Below are positions 1 to 11,572 of a DNA stretch of 35,933 nucleotides, piece by piece. This DNA comes from Phoronis australis (Eukaryota > Animalia > Phoronida): positions 58,898 through 94,830 of the forward strand of contig NMRA01000478.1 of the NCBI GenBank assembly GCA_002633005.1, written 5' to 3'. Below the pieces are notes generated by a model. That model saw nothing but the letters and a program-made list of their open reading frames with translations. It searched no databases and was not told the origin of the DNA. The stretch's first letter is position 1, and every line of letters starts with the position of its first letter. The position numbers and the translations under genes were made by a program.

Positions 1-933
1 GTACATAGTCTGTAATTTCATGAACACAAAATCCCACGCAAACACGGTATACTTTATCTATACAGCCAACAGCATCATGCGAGCATAAGGGATGACAAAA
101 AATACTTACGTTTTTCTTCACCAGGTCCAGGTACCGAGCCCGACGTAGTCGATCGGCTCAGCCTCTCACGAATCACGGCTCGACGAGCTGGTCAAACTCA
201 GACGGCCATCCAGGAAAACCAACGTGAATTCCCAGCGCTGTCATTTACTCCCCGCTCAATTCCTTCCTTCCAATGGCCGTTTTCGTCAACTGCCTGCATT
301 TTCTGTCCATCTTCCATTTTGAAACGGCTACTTTTGAGTTGAGAGCAAAAACAACAACACAGCCATCCTCACGTGTGTGCCGGACTCACTACTCACCACT
401 ATGCGCGAGTTGGGTCCTTATAGACATGTTCACCAAAATGAAATTGCTGTTTTCTTGTTAAAATATAGAGTACGATTTTACTTACATTTTGATAATTTAA
501 CATGCAAATAGTTTAAAAATGACAATTACAAGTCGATTTTGACGTCTTCCTTTGTTGATAGTGAAACCGCATTACCGCGTAGTAATCTTGTGTGACTATT
601 CTCTGAGTGTGCAGGGCTAGCCTGGACTGAAAGTGAAATATCTCGGCCAAAACTTCATCGATTTTCGTGGGAGAAAAACGCTTGTTTTCAGAATTTTACG
701 AGGAATTTGTTGATGAATCTTTTACATGTCATTGAAAAAGGCAAAAATACAAACGCGCGAGTCATATTTCTTCAGGCAGTCCTTAGCGGCTTCACGGGCA
801 ATAAAATGTAATCGACCGAATAGATTCGTCGACCACAGATTTACCCTGTGGTTTTTCCGCTTGATCCCAGACCGCCCCGAGTTGCTCCAGCAGCCAACTC
901 GGGGCGGTCTCTCACGAGGGTTTAGCATTATGC

Positions 934-1652
934 TTGTTGGTTCTTGTGTGTTACCATGCTACTTCACAACAATTTCCAATATTCATCATCTGACAAGAGG
1001 CACCAAAACGAGAAGAGCAGTCTGGGACATCAAAAAACTACAAGTGTCTCTTGGTGCCAAAACTTGCACGCTTTTGCCATTTGTGCATGCAATAGGTGGT
1101 TGCGGTTACATCATGACTGATCGGTATTGGCAAGGCTCTCTCATTCAAGAAACTGCGTGACCGAGAATTCTGCGAAAAGGCTAGAGTATTCACTAGACCT
1201 GATGCAGCTGAAGGAAGACACATTTGAAGCTGGTAAAAGATTTGTGCTTGATGGCGGTAATTGCTATGGAAATTTAAATGACTTGCAATGCAGGTGATTT
1301 GTGGAAAAGGTTTCATCAAGCGTAGCTCAAGTCCAAATACAGTCATTACCACCAACTGCTTCAGCAGGTAAATTCCTTGCTGCCAGGACAAAAACAAGAG
1401 TGGTCAAGTATCAGTGGCAGTGAGCTAGACCCGCTGGATTGAGGATGGATGCTGGCAGGTGGAAAACCCATTCCCATGACGACCGACCAGCCAGCAGCAC
1501 CAGAGAACTTGCTGATGGTAAGATGCTCCTGCAAGACCAACTGCAGTTCCAAGAGATGTACTCACAAGAAGTTAGAATTGCTGTACTCCGTTGCATGTGG
1601 AGAATGCAGTGATATAAGCTTCAACAATTCATTCTCAGTTGAAAGAGATTAG
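934..1652 (+). pseudogene. Degraded C-terminal part of an Academ (AcademX-type) transposase: XPG/FEN1-like nuclease region plus terminal Cys-rich (Cys8/CXC-like) zinc finger
   Basis: Manual translation across several frameshifts gives LLVLVCYH...VWDIKKLQVSLGAKTCTLLPFVHAIGGC/TS*LIGIGKALSFKKL...EAGKRFV...LNDLQCR*FVEKV...QSLPPTASA.../QEW...LDPLD*GWMLAGGKPIPMTTDQPAAPENLLMVRCSCKTNCSSKRCTHKKLELLYSVACGECSDISFNNS. The motif order HAxxGCDTTS-x-GIGK, LPPT, WGW, PAP-x-LL, CxCKxxC...CxxC matches what I know of AcademX proteins. In-frame stops lie at 1114, 1295 and 1440. Confidence 0.8.
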
Positions 1653-2364
1653 TTGTGTAAATACTTCTTAGTTGTGTATAGATTTTGATTACACACTGAG
1701 AATTACAGCTTTGGACACACCTGTAACATCAGTAAAGAGAAGCCTAGTGGGAGCTGTTCAAGCGCTTATAAACAGTTTAACTTGCTAAACACACCTTACT
1801 AAACCTTTTTCCTGTCTCAACTGTTGTTGTATTCACTAGCATTTACAACTAACTGGACGTGATACAAACGGTCAATTGATGTGGATAGTAGATTGCTGAA
1901 TTAATTGGGGAGAATTATTTTCAACATAGCACATTTTTTACGGAGAATGACCCTTCAGTCCAGGCGAACCTGATGTTTTTCACCCAAATAAGTTATAATT
2001 TCTTTAAAAAATCTTGAAAATGGTAGTCGTATAAATCAGAGCCAGACAAAAAATGGCGGATGGTGTCACCGCAGCCATGCAAAACCACAGAAGATACGTA
2101 AACCTTTTTGAATTTTTACTCTATCACCTTCAACTCTCGAGTTATAATGGTCACATGCAAATCTGGCGACCATTTTGTCCACCATCTTGAAAAACCTGAA
2201 CTTCCGCCACCCCGATTCCGGTACTTTTTTCTCACACTAAGGGGTATGAGAGGATACGATTTATGCAATAATACCTTCTGTTGCAATTATTTCCACGTTA
2301 TCCGTAGAGTTTATAACCAATCATAAGCCATAACAGATTGGAGCCATCTAGTCTCTAGGCACTA
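934..2364 (+). mobile_element. 5'-truncated Academ DNA transposon remnant (transposase fragment, 3' region and probable right terminus ending ...GGCACTA)
   Basis: The transposase fossil is followed by a region with AAAATGGCGG and GGCGACCATTTTG/CCATCTTGAAAA subterminal-type motifs (about 2050-2195) that ends in ACTA at 2361-2364, consistent with TAG...CTA termini. No matching left terminal inverted repeat (TIR) or TSD is visible in the window, so the right boundary is inferred. Confidence 0.55.
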
Positions 2365-2407
2365 GTCTAGGCTGAAGTTAACACAAGTTTGAAAAAATTA
2401 ACATTTT

Positions 2408-2570
2408 ATATTTTTCAAAGGCTCAACGCACAGTTAAAATTGCTCAAAATTTCACCAGGTGTTTAATTATCTCACCTAGCGTACAATGTAAACTCCAAAA
2501 CAATGAATATCTTCTTGTTAACTTTTGTTTGAAAACTTTGATAACATGAAATTTCGATGTTCGCCCCATT
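2408..2570 (+). repeat. Old dispersed repeat fragment, copy A (related to 11440-11572)
   Basis: CTCAAAATTTCACCAGGTGTTT (2443-2464) vs CTCAAAATTTCATCGGGTGTTT (11476-11497) is 20/22 identical. Collinear ATTTTTCA upstream and TCTTGTT and ATGAAATTT downstream are present in both copies. Confidence 0.5.
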
Positions 2571-4648
2571 GCGTGAAAGATACATAGAAGAAGCTTTACT
2601 GAGCATACCTATGCAAAGCATAGACTGGGTCCTCAGTTCTATGAGTGTTTCTATAGCAAGCAAATATTTAACGAGTCTGAGTTTCAGTCAAGGCTAGGCA
2701 GAGGAGGCAGATAGGTACACTTCATTACAGGAACAGAAATCTTAAATGCAATAAAAGTAAATCCGTTAAGTAAAAACCTCACTTTAGACCCACTAGATTT
2801 TATTAGGAAACAGAGAACCCTTTGACCACAAAGACGTCTAAGAATGCTTTGAAAAGATATAAGCCCCAATCGAAACTTTGATTATAGGCGAGCAAACAAT
2901 CACATTGCCTTTTGTCAGTCAAAACAACGAAAAGCCCTGTGAAATGCTGACTAAAAAGCCTCACATGAACAATATTTGTCATGGAAATTCCACAAAGCTT
3001 TTGATGCACCACTTTTGTATTAAATTTTAAATAACCTGTTGAACAGTAATGACCAGTTTGAGCAACGGAAACCATACAACAACTGCCTATCAAGACGGTG
3101 GTCTATTTGCCCATTCACTTGAAAAGAGAAAACAAGTTAACGCTTAGACGTTGTTGAAATAATCACTGAGTTACACATTCACAAATAGTCATTTGAACCC
3201 ATCTCAATGAAAACTGGTGAAATATTCTTGCATATAACTTAAAAAAGCATGACTCAAGACTTGCACAGAGCCAATACAAGATGAACAATCAAAGGATGCA
3301 ATTCAATTTTGTATTGTACCAACAATTAGATATAATTATTTTCCGTTCATTCCCAATCAAAACTGTTAAACATGCAGAAAGAACAGCAAAAAAGTCCTTC
3401 TCATCAGAAAAGTATTTCAAAAAGTACAGGTACAGGTACAAGTATTACTTTTGTCCAATGACAAAAGTTCCACAAATAAAAATCATACCTACGCAATGTG
3501 TACAGGGTAGCCTATCAACGTCTCAACCTCATAAAGCTGGTCATGTTTTGGAATCCAAGAAAATTCCAGGGACTCTGTTCTGTAGATTCACTTTCATCAA
3601 TCAATAGTTCCTGTCTATCAAAAATTTCAATTTGTTCTACCCTGAGGCTATCTAGCAACATTGTGGTTCAACACAAAAGAGGCAATCAACACCTATTGTG
3701 AATGGCAGTGACTGCCCTGGGGCCATGCAGCTTGTAGAGATAGCTGGCATGGGAAGTGAGACATCTCTAGAAGATATGGACTGGAAGCAAGGTTTGTGAT
3801 TGGCGACAAGGTGAACTGTTAACTATCACAAATATTTGTAAACAAGGTAGAATGATTTCAAAATTTCAGGCCTCCAGTAACCACACCAGATACCGTGAGT
3901 TAAATAAGTTCTCTGTGTTATTTAAATGTCAGGAGTCAGGACGTTATCACCTAAAATTTTGAAAGTTCGGAAAGTATTGAATTCCTGGTAGACAGGTTGA
4001 AGGTTAAGTCCAGATGAAAATTTCGGGATATTTACAACAGTTTCCTGATATGTACAAACTTAAAGTTCAACTTTTGTTGTGTTTAAATGACAAAAACAAT
4101 GTAATAAGAAACACAGTGCAATTTAATGTCATGCAGCCAGATTAAAGTTTCCCAACACCTCAGCTCTGGTGCTAGCTTTGAGTAGAAAATTATTGACTCA
4201 CACATCCAACATTCATACTAGCAGACTGCTCCAAGTTAAAATGAAATACATGTTACAATGGCCAATTTATCCTCCGGAGTGCTTCAAACATGGTCCAAGC
4301 AGATAGATCACACACGGTTGGGACAAAAGTTTTGATTAACAGACTAAAAATGACACGGAAGAGACAATCCACACGAAACCTTACAAAACGGCAAGTATCC
4401 ATGACACTGCTTGCAGTAACATCTTCACTTAATTTATCTCTTACAATACAGATTTCCAATTCAACTTCCAAGTCAGATAAGTCAACAATAAAGTATCTCA
4501 TTTCCATCCACAAATTAACTCATCACTCAGCAGACTATTGCTTGGAGGTAAAATGTTTCAAATCACCATGGCTATTGAATCCTGATAGAAATCCACTTTA
4601 TCTTATTTTGGTTTTAGTGTTATCTTCAGTACCCTCAATAATGGCAAC

Positions 4649-5440
4649 CAGGGCTCGAAATATAGAGCTGCAGGTTGCAAATGCGACCTAAAATTTGGAA
4701 ATGCGAGCTGAGATTTTTGTCAGCTCGTATCAAGTCGCAACATACGACCTGGAATTTCCAGCGAATGCGAGCTGAGTGTTTACACTTCTCAGCAGATATG
4801 TGGCAAATATAAAGCAACTCTTTTGTTAATCCGACCGTTATTTGGTTGTTGCCAAATCCAAGTTCAAAAGAACACTAACAGAGAACAGCCCTCCCGATGA
4901 CTTTTAAGCAAGTCGCGTGAACATGGGATATGCAGAATCGATCTTTGACACATTTAATTGGCTAACATTTTCGGCCACTTTTGCAAATTTCCAGATTCCT
5001 CCAATAAAGTTTCGGGCCACTGCATAACAAGCTGGTCAGAGTTATCAAAATCCCGAATACTTTTTCAATGGACATTTTCTCCCTTTTCACATCGCAAACT
5101 TAGCTACTGGAATGCACATGTCAGTTAGAGAGCACTGATTCAACTTTCACGTCGGAAACTTGCCTTGCACTCCAAAGCCTGTCATTGGCGGTCGTGAAGA
5201 ACAGTAACCTGAACGAAGTCAATTTTGCGATCTGAATTTTGTGAGTATTTAACGCTGCAGGTAACATCATAATCTAAACATTTTCTCGGTGATCTAAAAA
5301 ATCAATTTTGGCGCGTAAAAATGTTGGGAAAATTTTACGACCTGGCATTTATGAATGCGAGCTGGATTTTGAAACTGCGACCTGGGATTTTGGCTAGGTC
5401 GCAAAATGTGACCTGGCGATTTTAATAGTGTCGAGCCTTG
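4649..5440. mobile_element. Non-autonomous TIR DNA transposon, hAT-like termini (792 bp)
   Basis: Left end CAGGGCTCGA (4649) and right end TCGAGCCTTG (5431-5440) form a 9/10 inverted match. GCAAC is duplicated at 4644-4648 and 5441-5445. Both subterminal regions carry clustered TGCGACCT/TGCGAGCTG/AGGTCGCA motifs. No transposase ORF is recognisable inside. Confidence 0.8.
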
Positions 5441-6361
5441 GCAACAGGACATATTAGACTACATCAATGCAATATGCTGAAGTTTTGTCAACTTTAAACA
5501 AAAAAATTGCCGAAACCATCCGACCTTTCAATTATTCAAGGACTTGCAGATATGAATTAATGGAGATACCATCATTGTAATTTAATACATTGTGATTTTT
5601 TTCAAAAATAAAATAAAGCGGAAATTCCATTACCTGAGGTTAGAGTACAGTAAAATCTCACACATTGAGAAAATGGCATACACTGTCATTATATTTCTTT
5701 CACTTTTTCATAAAGATTTATAAAATTTAAATTTAAAAGAAGCATCAAATATTTTTTAAGATCCATATCATTATTACTACCACCAGAATATTTCGAGAGG
5801 TGATGCGGACAATGATAGATGCCTCTCAAAAATGAAAAAGATTGATTTTGGCAAAGGTTTTCGTCTCAAATGAGTGAGATATAACTGTAACCTAATCAGC
5901 AAGCCTGCATTTAGGCAAATATTTACAAAACTTCAAGATTTGATTAGCGTCCGATTATGACTTCTCAGGCAAAGGAACATCCGGTCATTCTGATTACTGG
6001 AGGCTAGAAAATTACATTCGGGAGGAAGCTATATTTGACCATGACTATGGATTAAGTTAATGCATTCCACTCAAGTGTATACTTCATGATCTCTCAAGTA
6101 AACAAATTTCCAGGTATAACAACACAGCACCTACCCGCATGCTTTCCAACACATGGTCTGCACCAAGCCAAGCCAGGCATATGTGTGGAATTCCGGGTGT
6201 TATAATGTTTGTACAGGACATAGTCATTTCAGAGGAATGGTGTTTCAGTTTTGTAGTTTGATAAATTTTCACATATTTCTTAAGTTGCTCATACTTCAAA
6301 CACCAACATTAAACAAAGGAATTGCAGGCCACTGTGGTAAACACTACTGTCTCAAGTCTTA

Positions 6362-6865
6362 AGGCCCTTTCATACTAACGTCGACGTGTCAATATTTCGG
6401 GGAGTAGCGGGTCAGAATGAACGATTAACTTCCGTCCTGGATTGAAGTTAACAGCGCCAGTTAACTTCACAGTTAACACGTGGATTTAACAGTGGAACGT
6501 CGACGCTGCCATGCAGTATGAACGGTCAACTGAACGGTCAACTTCGGTTCAGCGAAGTTATTGCCAGGTGCTACTGTTATCATCAACAGCAGTGTTGGCA
6601 CTAATAGTAGCTTATATTTTGCTCGAATAATCACCAATCAAATCAAAAATAATTTTTGTGTCAGTTAGCACATGTAAATGTTCCCTGTCACAATAAAAAA
6701 TCTCACCGTGCAGCGCTACCTTGCAATTACTTTGATGACAACAACTTCACCTACCATTTATTTCGATGTCCATCGACCACCGAAGCCAGTATGAACGATT
6801 TAGTTAACTTAGCAGTTTACGAGAATGCCCGCTCAGACCGCAGTTAAGTCAAAATAAAAGGACCT
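6362..6865. mobile_element. PIF/Harbinger-type MITE (504 bp)
   Basis: Left TIR AGGCCCTTTCAT vs reverse complement of the right end AGGTCCTTTTAT (10/12). TTA flanks both sides (6359-6361, 6866-6868), the 3-bp TWA TSD typical of Harbinger. Internal TIR-like copies CAGTATGAACG lie at about 6515 and 6786, AACGTCGACG occurs twice, and there are several GTTAAC palindromes. Confidence 0.7.
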
Positions 6866-9090
6866 TTAAACTCTGAACTCTGAAAACAATACAGTTCACT
6901 CACACAATTTTTAAAAAACCAAAACAACCTATAACAAACCAAATCAACCAATAACAAATTCAAAACAACCTATTCCAGAGTCCTCAACCAGAGCCCAGAA
7001 AAGGTGAGTAGGGTCATCCAACCTGTCCACTGTATCCCTGCTTCAAGTCACAACAAAATACCAATGACTGGACTGCACAACCAGAAAGAAAAACACCACC
7101 ATAGTGAAAAGCAAAATCACTGAGTCATGTGATAATGATTCTAATCCCTTTCTTATGTCATAGGTTTATGGATCAGGGAAAATGCTAACATAATAACAGT
7201 TCACCTGAATTCTAATCCACCAGGCATTACCTGACAAATCAGCCATGAGCTAATCTTTGTAAGGAAACATCTTGCTCAATTATGGTCTGTTCACCTCAGG
7301 AAATGTAGGTGATAGTAATGGCCCACTTGGTGATTGCTGACTATTGTTGTCTGGGAATGGTGTGGAATTTAATAACATGGTTATGTAGCTGGGTGTGTGG
7401 GCCTTACCCTGATTATTTCTGGATTTCCCATGGCACAGATATCACATTAATTCAAGCAAATCTAATCTGAGGTTTTACATTATTGCAACAAATTCTGAGA
7501 TTCGTATCGCAGTAAGCAGCTTCTTTGGTAAAAAAACAAAATAAGCCATTTATGTTAGGAAATAGGTGTTATGTTGTTCTTATTCAGATTAAACATGAAT
7601 TCAAGGCTTCAGTAGAGCGGACAGTAAACAGTTGCTTCAGACCAGGCTAAAGTTGTCAGTAAAAATGTTTCTAAGAACTCCTAAGGTTATTACACAGGTA
7701 GTTATCTGTGGTTTGTCACAGATACTGAGGGATAATAGACATCATCAGTCAAGAGCTTCTTATACAGATACCAGTCTCCATAAAGTTTGGAATATTGTAT
7801 GGTGGCATATATAGAACAGAATTTGAAAACGGTAAAGGCTTAATTTGTTGCTGCGTACCTTTTACTAGAAATGAAGAAAGAAAGGTCTTACACGCATGAT
7901 ATATTGTGGCCTAAACTAGTGATATTTTACTGGAATCTTTCACAAAATTGATAACAAAAACTATTGACTACTTTGCGACTTTCTTATCTCACCAACCCAC
8001 AAACTCTTTCCAAACAAGACAAATTATGCCATAAGCAACAAATATATCTAATGTAGGAACTGCCCTGGAAGGATATGCTTGACCTGTGCCTTTACCCCTT
8101 CTGAGAAAACAAGATGGTCAGAACCATTGTTCAAGTTGATCAAGCCAATATCAAGTGGAACAGACACAAAAATGCCCTCTAGTCATTCAGATAAACATCT
8201 TAGACAGCCCAACTGGTCACTGCAGACACCCAACCCACCTTATCATCAAGTATGCAGCACATTAACATAATTCTTCACCAATTTCTCACAACCACTAATG
8301 CCAGATCCTTCACTTTTCAACACTAACAGTTAATTCACACGGTGTTAATAATGGCAAAACACAACATGCCAGACTGAAGTTGACAAAGTAAAAATATATT
8401 TCCTGAAAGTAAAAAGCCCACAGCTTACACTTTTACCAATTGTTAATTGGGTAACGAGACTATGCCTTTCCAGTAAAATGCAAAACGAAAGGGACATTCA
8501 GAGTGCATTAAAGGCATCTATAAAATAACTTCTCCCAAATTTCTTATGATATAAATATTCATGATGAAATATCACAGCTATAGATCTTCCCAAGCTCCAA
8601 ATTTACTTCTAACTTGATGTGGTTTACATTTAAAGCAAGTTTCTCTTTCAGCTCATGGGTTTAAATTTGCTTTAAATTGCCTGATTAGCATTTCCATAAT
8701 CATGGTAAGGATTTGAAAAAAGGCAAATTGGGAATTTTAGCATTTAGTCTTTAAGAAAAATTGAAGAATATTTACCAGTTATTAACCACTGTAAAGGGAT
8801 CAATAGTTAACCACCAGAGGGATATTAAAGATATTACCAGACATCTCATCAACATTAATTCACTTGGGAAAGGCAGGGGAAATTAAGAATTCGGCCAAGT
8901 TGTTGGTTGCCATTTGTGTCCAATAAAATCTCACCAATTTCAGATAAAAATAATTGCTAAAACTGTTCCTTTTCATATTCAAAGAGCTTCCATCATTACA
9001 TTACCCAGAACCATTGTCTGAAGGTAGGTATGGCAGAGACCTTCAAAATGAAAACATAAAATTGCACTAGTCACCATGATGTCTTCTAGA

Positions 9091-9325
9091 GGAGGCAATG
9101 TGGTCTAGCGCGATATGTGCCCGAACCCTTTTCTCAAGGTCGTGGGTTCCAGTCTCCCTGGGCCACACTGTTAGACCCTCGAGTCAGCTCATCAGCTCGG
9201 TTTTAATAATATATTAACGAAGCATAAAATGGTTCCAGGTGATGAGTGCAATGGGCCCACATGTGCGGTCTACGCACGTCAGGTACAACCTGTACCAGAC
9301 CACCTGCAATTATCAATTATTTTTT
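9091..9325 (+). mobile_element. Degenerate tRNA-derived SINE
   Basis: Pol III A-box-like TGGTCTAGCG (9101-9110) and B-box-like GGTTCCAGTCT (9145-9155, preceded by AAGGTCGTG) sit at tRNA spacing. The body contains AAAATGGTTCCAGG, resembling SINE central domains, then a small GGTACA-acc-TGTACC hairpin and an ATTATCAATTATT tail. It does not fold as a full cloverleaf. The 3' boundary is approximate. Confidence 0.6.
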
Positions 9326-11439
9326 GTATTGAGTGCTAAACTGGTCATAGTTTATCCTTTCTAAGTGTTTCATACCTGTTTCATCTTGGTGTTTTTTGGA
9401 GTGCTGCCCAGTACGGACAGTTAACTTTGGTCCTGGGTTGCAGTAAACAGGTGTGTTTAAGAGCACGTACTACTTGACATGACATTAAAGGTTAACTTAA
9501 GTGTCATCAGAGATATCAGTAGGTGTTGTCAATAAGGGCATGTTTGTGTTTGAGAATATTTGCCTTACATTCACCAACCTTAACCCTTCTGTGCACATCA
9601 TTTCTGATATGACCCTATATACGATATTTTAAATTAAAAGCGTATATTCATAGAGGCAAATTTTAGATCCATCCAGGTAAAATCACATGATACTTTTCCT
9701 TGAAACATGGCAGAAGTTTGAAGTGTTTGGTGACTGGCAAATATCAACACTCTACAGTGAGGCTAGAAGGTTGGATATTACATGAAATATGATATTTTAT
9801 TAGATTAGCAAGGTTAATAGAAAGTCTAAGGTAACATTGTTGTGAAAAGTCACATAAGTTAATACTCGTTTTAAATCACCACTTAAACTGAAAGGGAGGG
9901 AGCATATAGTCGTCAAGTTCAATATCTAGTTGGGACACAATAAGGACATGAGTGCTTATTAGGAGGAACACTATATTTCTACCATGATATCAGTTTCAGC
10001 GAGTTTTGCATTTCTTATCAAGCAGTTACCTTGATATCAATCACAACCAAATACTTCACTATACAACCAAACATGGTCCCCTATCAACCATTAGGGCATG
10101 TTGAAAGATGAGGATCCAAGGGCGACAAGAGTTCACCCATGGACTACAGCTTGAGAGCTGTTACACATATCCCACAGGCAGCAGGGACACTGCTGTCAAT
10201 AATAAAAGTACATCTCGTGATACAAGAATTGAAGATTTAATAAAAAGCTGTACTTCCAAATAGAAAACTGCAACTCATATACGTAGGATCCTAAGTCAGC
10301 ACCCCTGCCTTGGAAGTATGAAATTTAATCGCTAACCAACCAGAAGCATGAGCCCAGCCTCCGGGCAAATGTGCAATTTCATCAGAGCTGATATAATATA
10401 TACAATTACACAGTCAAAGCCTGCAGGTGAATTCAGGCAATCAATGTAGGAATTCTAAGATTACACCCCATGGCTGGGGAACCACCAAAAAAGTCAGGAC
10501 ATATAAATCCACTAAGCGTAATGTATACCTTTGGTCTTTTGCTGAATCAATACCTAGTTCAAAACTACAGCCACTTTAAAATTTTGAACACCTGACTTGG
10601 CCCAGAAAGATGAACAGCTGGTGGACCAACAAGCCTCTGGCAAGGGCCTACTAACCTTTCCTGGTGTTCACCTGGCATAGCAATGAAGGGATTTCCAACC
10701 AGCTCACACTTATGAGAATCAAAACAAACTCTAAAATTTGGAACACAAAAACAAAATGCATTTATCTAAAAATGTGAGAGTTAGGTTCATGATGACATTT
10801 GCACACGTTATAATTGACAAACTACAACAGATATTTGTAAATTACTTCGATAAGCAGGGAGTTATTTGTCTTCTCAAGGTGTGCCAAATTTAGGAGGAAT
10901 AATAAATCTGGCATTGCCCCACCTCCATGACAGACATGAAATGAATTAATCATCACCAATACACAACCATATAATTTGCTAACTATAATTCAAACATAGA
11001 AAATGTCACTAATACAGGCCAATGAATCTTTAATCACTGATTGTGTTTGTTTTTAAAATTTGGCGCGATTCTAATATTTGATACACTTCAAACAGGTAAA
11101 CATAACTAATGATATCAATACATCACTACAAGTGGTGTACTTAAGTGAAGAAACTACTGGAAAATCTATATGGTTTGTTCCTCATAGGAGATAGAATAGT
11201 TTCAACTGTTCTTTAAATGAACCGAAATTATGTGAATGGTTAATAACTTGTAGGAAGTAAAATATATCATGTGCCAGTTTTACAGTAACAGATTTATCTC
11301 TGGTCTTCTGATAGGGGTAAAATGGATGCAGGAGAATTGTTTGCCATGCAATATTGTGTCATTGTTTATGACAGGATTATAATTCAATTACGATAAAGAT
11401 TCCTCAATTTGAACAAACACAATGGCTAAATTGTAGTTT

Positions 11440-11572
11440 TTCATTTTTCAGACACTCACGGTATAGCCAAAAGTTCTCAAAATTTCATCGGGTGTTTGTT
11501 GAAGACAACTGTTCAAAATACAGTTTTCTTGTTGAAAATTCTGTTAAAATGAAATTTTTCTGTTCCACCATA
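11440..11572 (+). repeat. Old dispersed repeat fragment, copy B (related to 2408-2570)
   Basis: Shares the 20/22 core and collinear flanking words with copy A. Confidence 0.5.

Noticed and set aside
6-2364. TAGT at position 6 as the left end of a complete Academ element
   Set aside because: Only 4 bp (TAGT/ACTA) match the right end, and the flanks (ACA vs GTC) give no TSD.
4253-4691. Overlapping 86-133 aa ORFs (and the other 60-120 aa ORFs across the window)
   Set aside because: No recognisable domains, compositions typical of random AT-rich DNA, and several cross TE boundaries.
9091-9165. Functional tRNA gene
   Set aside because: A and B boxes are present but the acceptor and anticodon stems do not pair, so it is treated as a SINE head.
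9580-9817. piggyBac-like TTAACCCTT start
   Set aside because: No matching AAGGGTTAA end with an extended TIR. The nearby AAGGTTAA does not extend.
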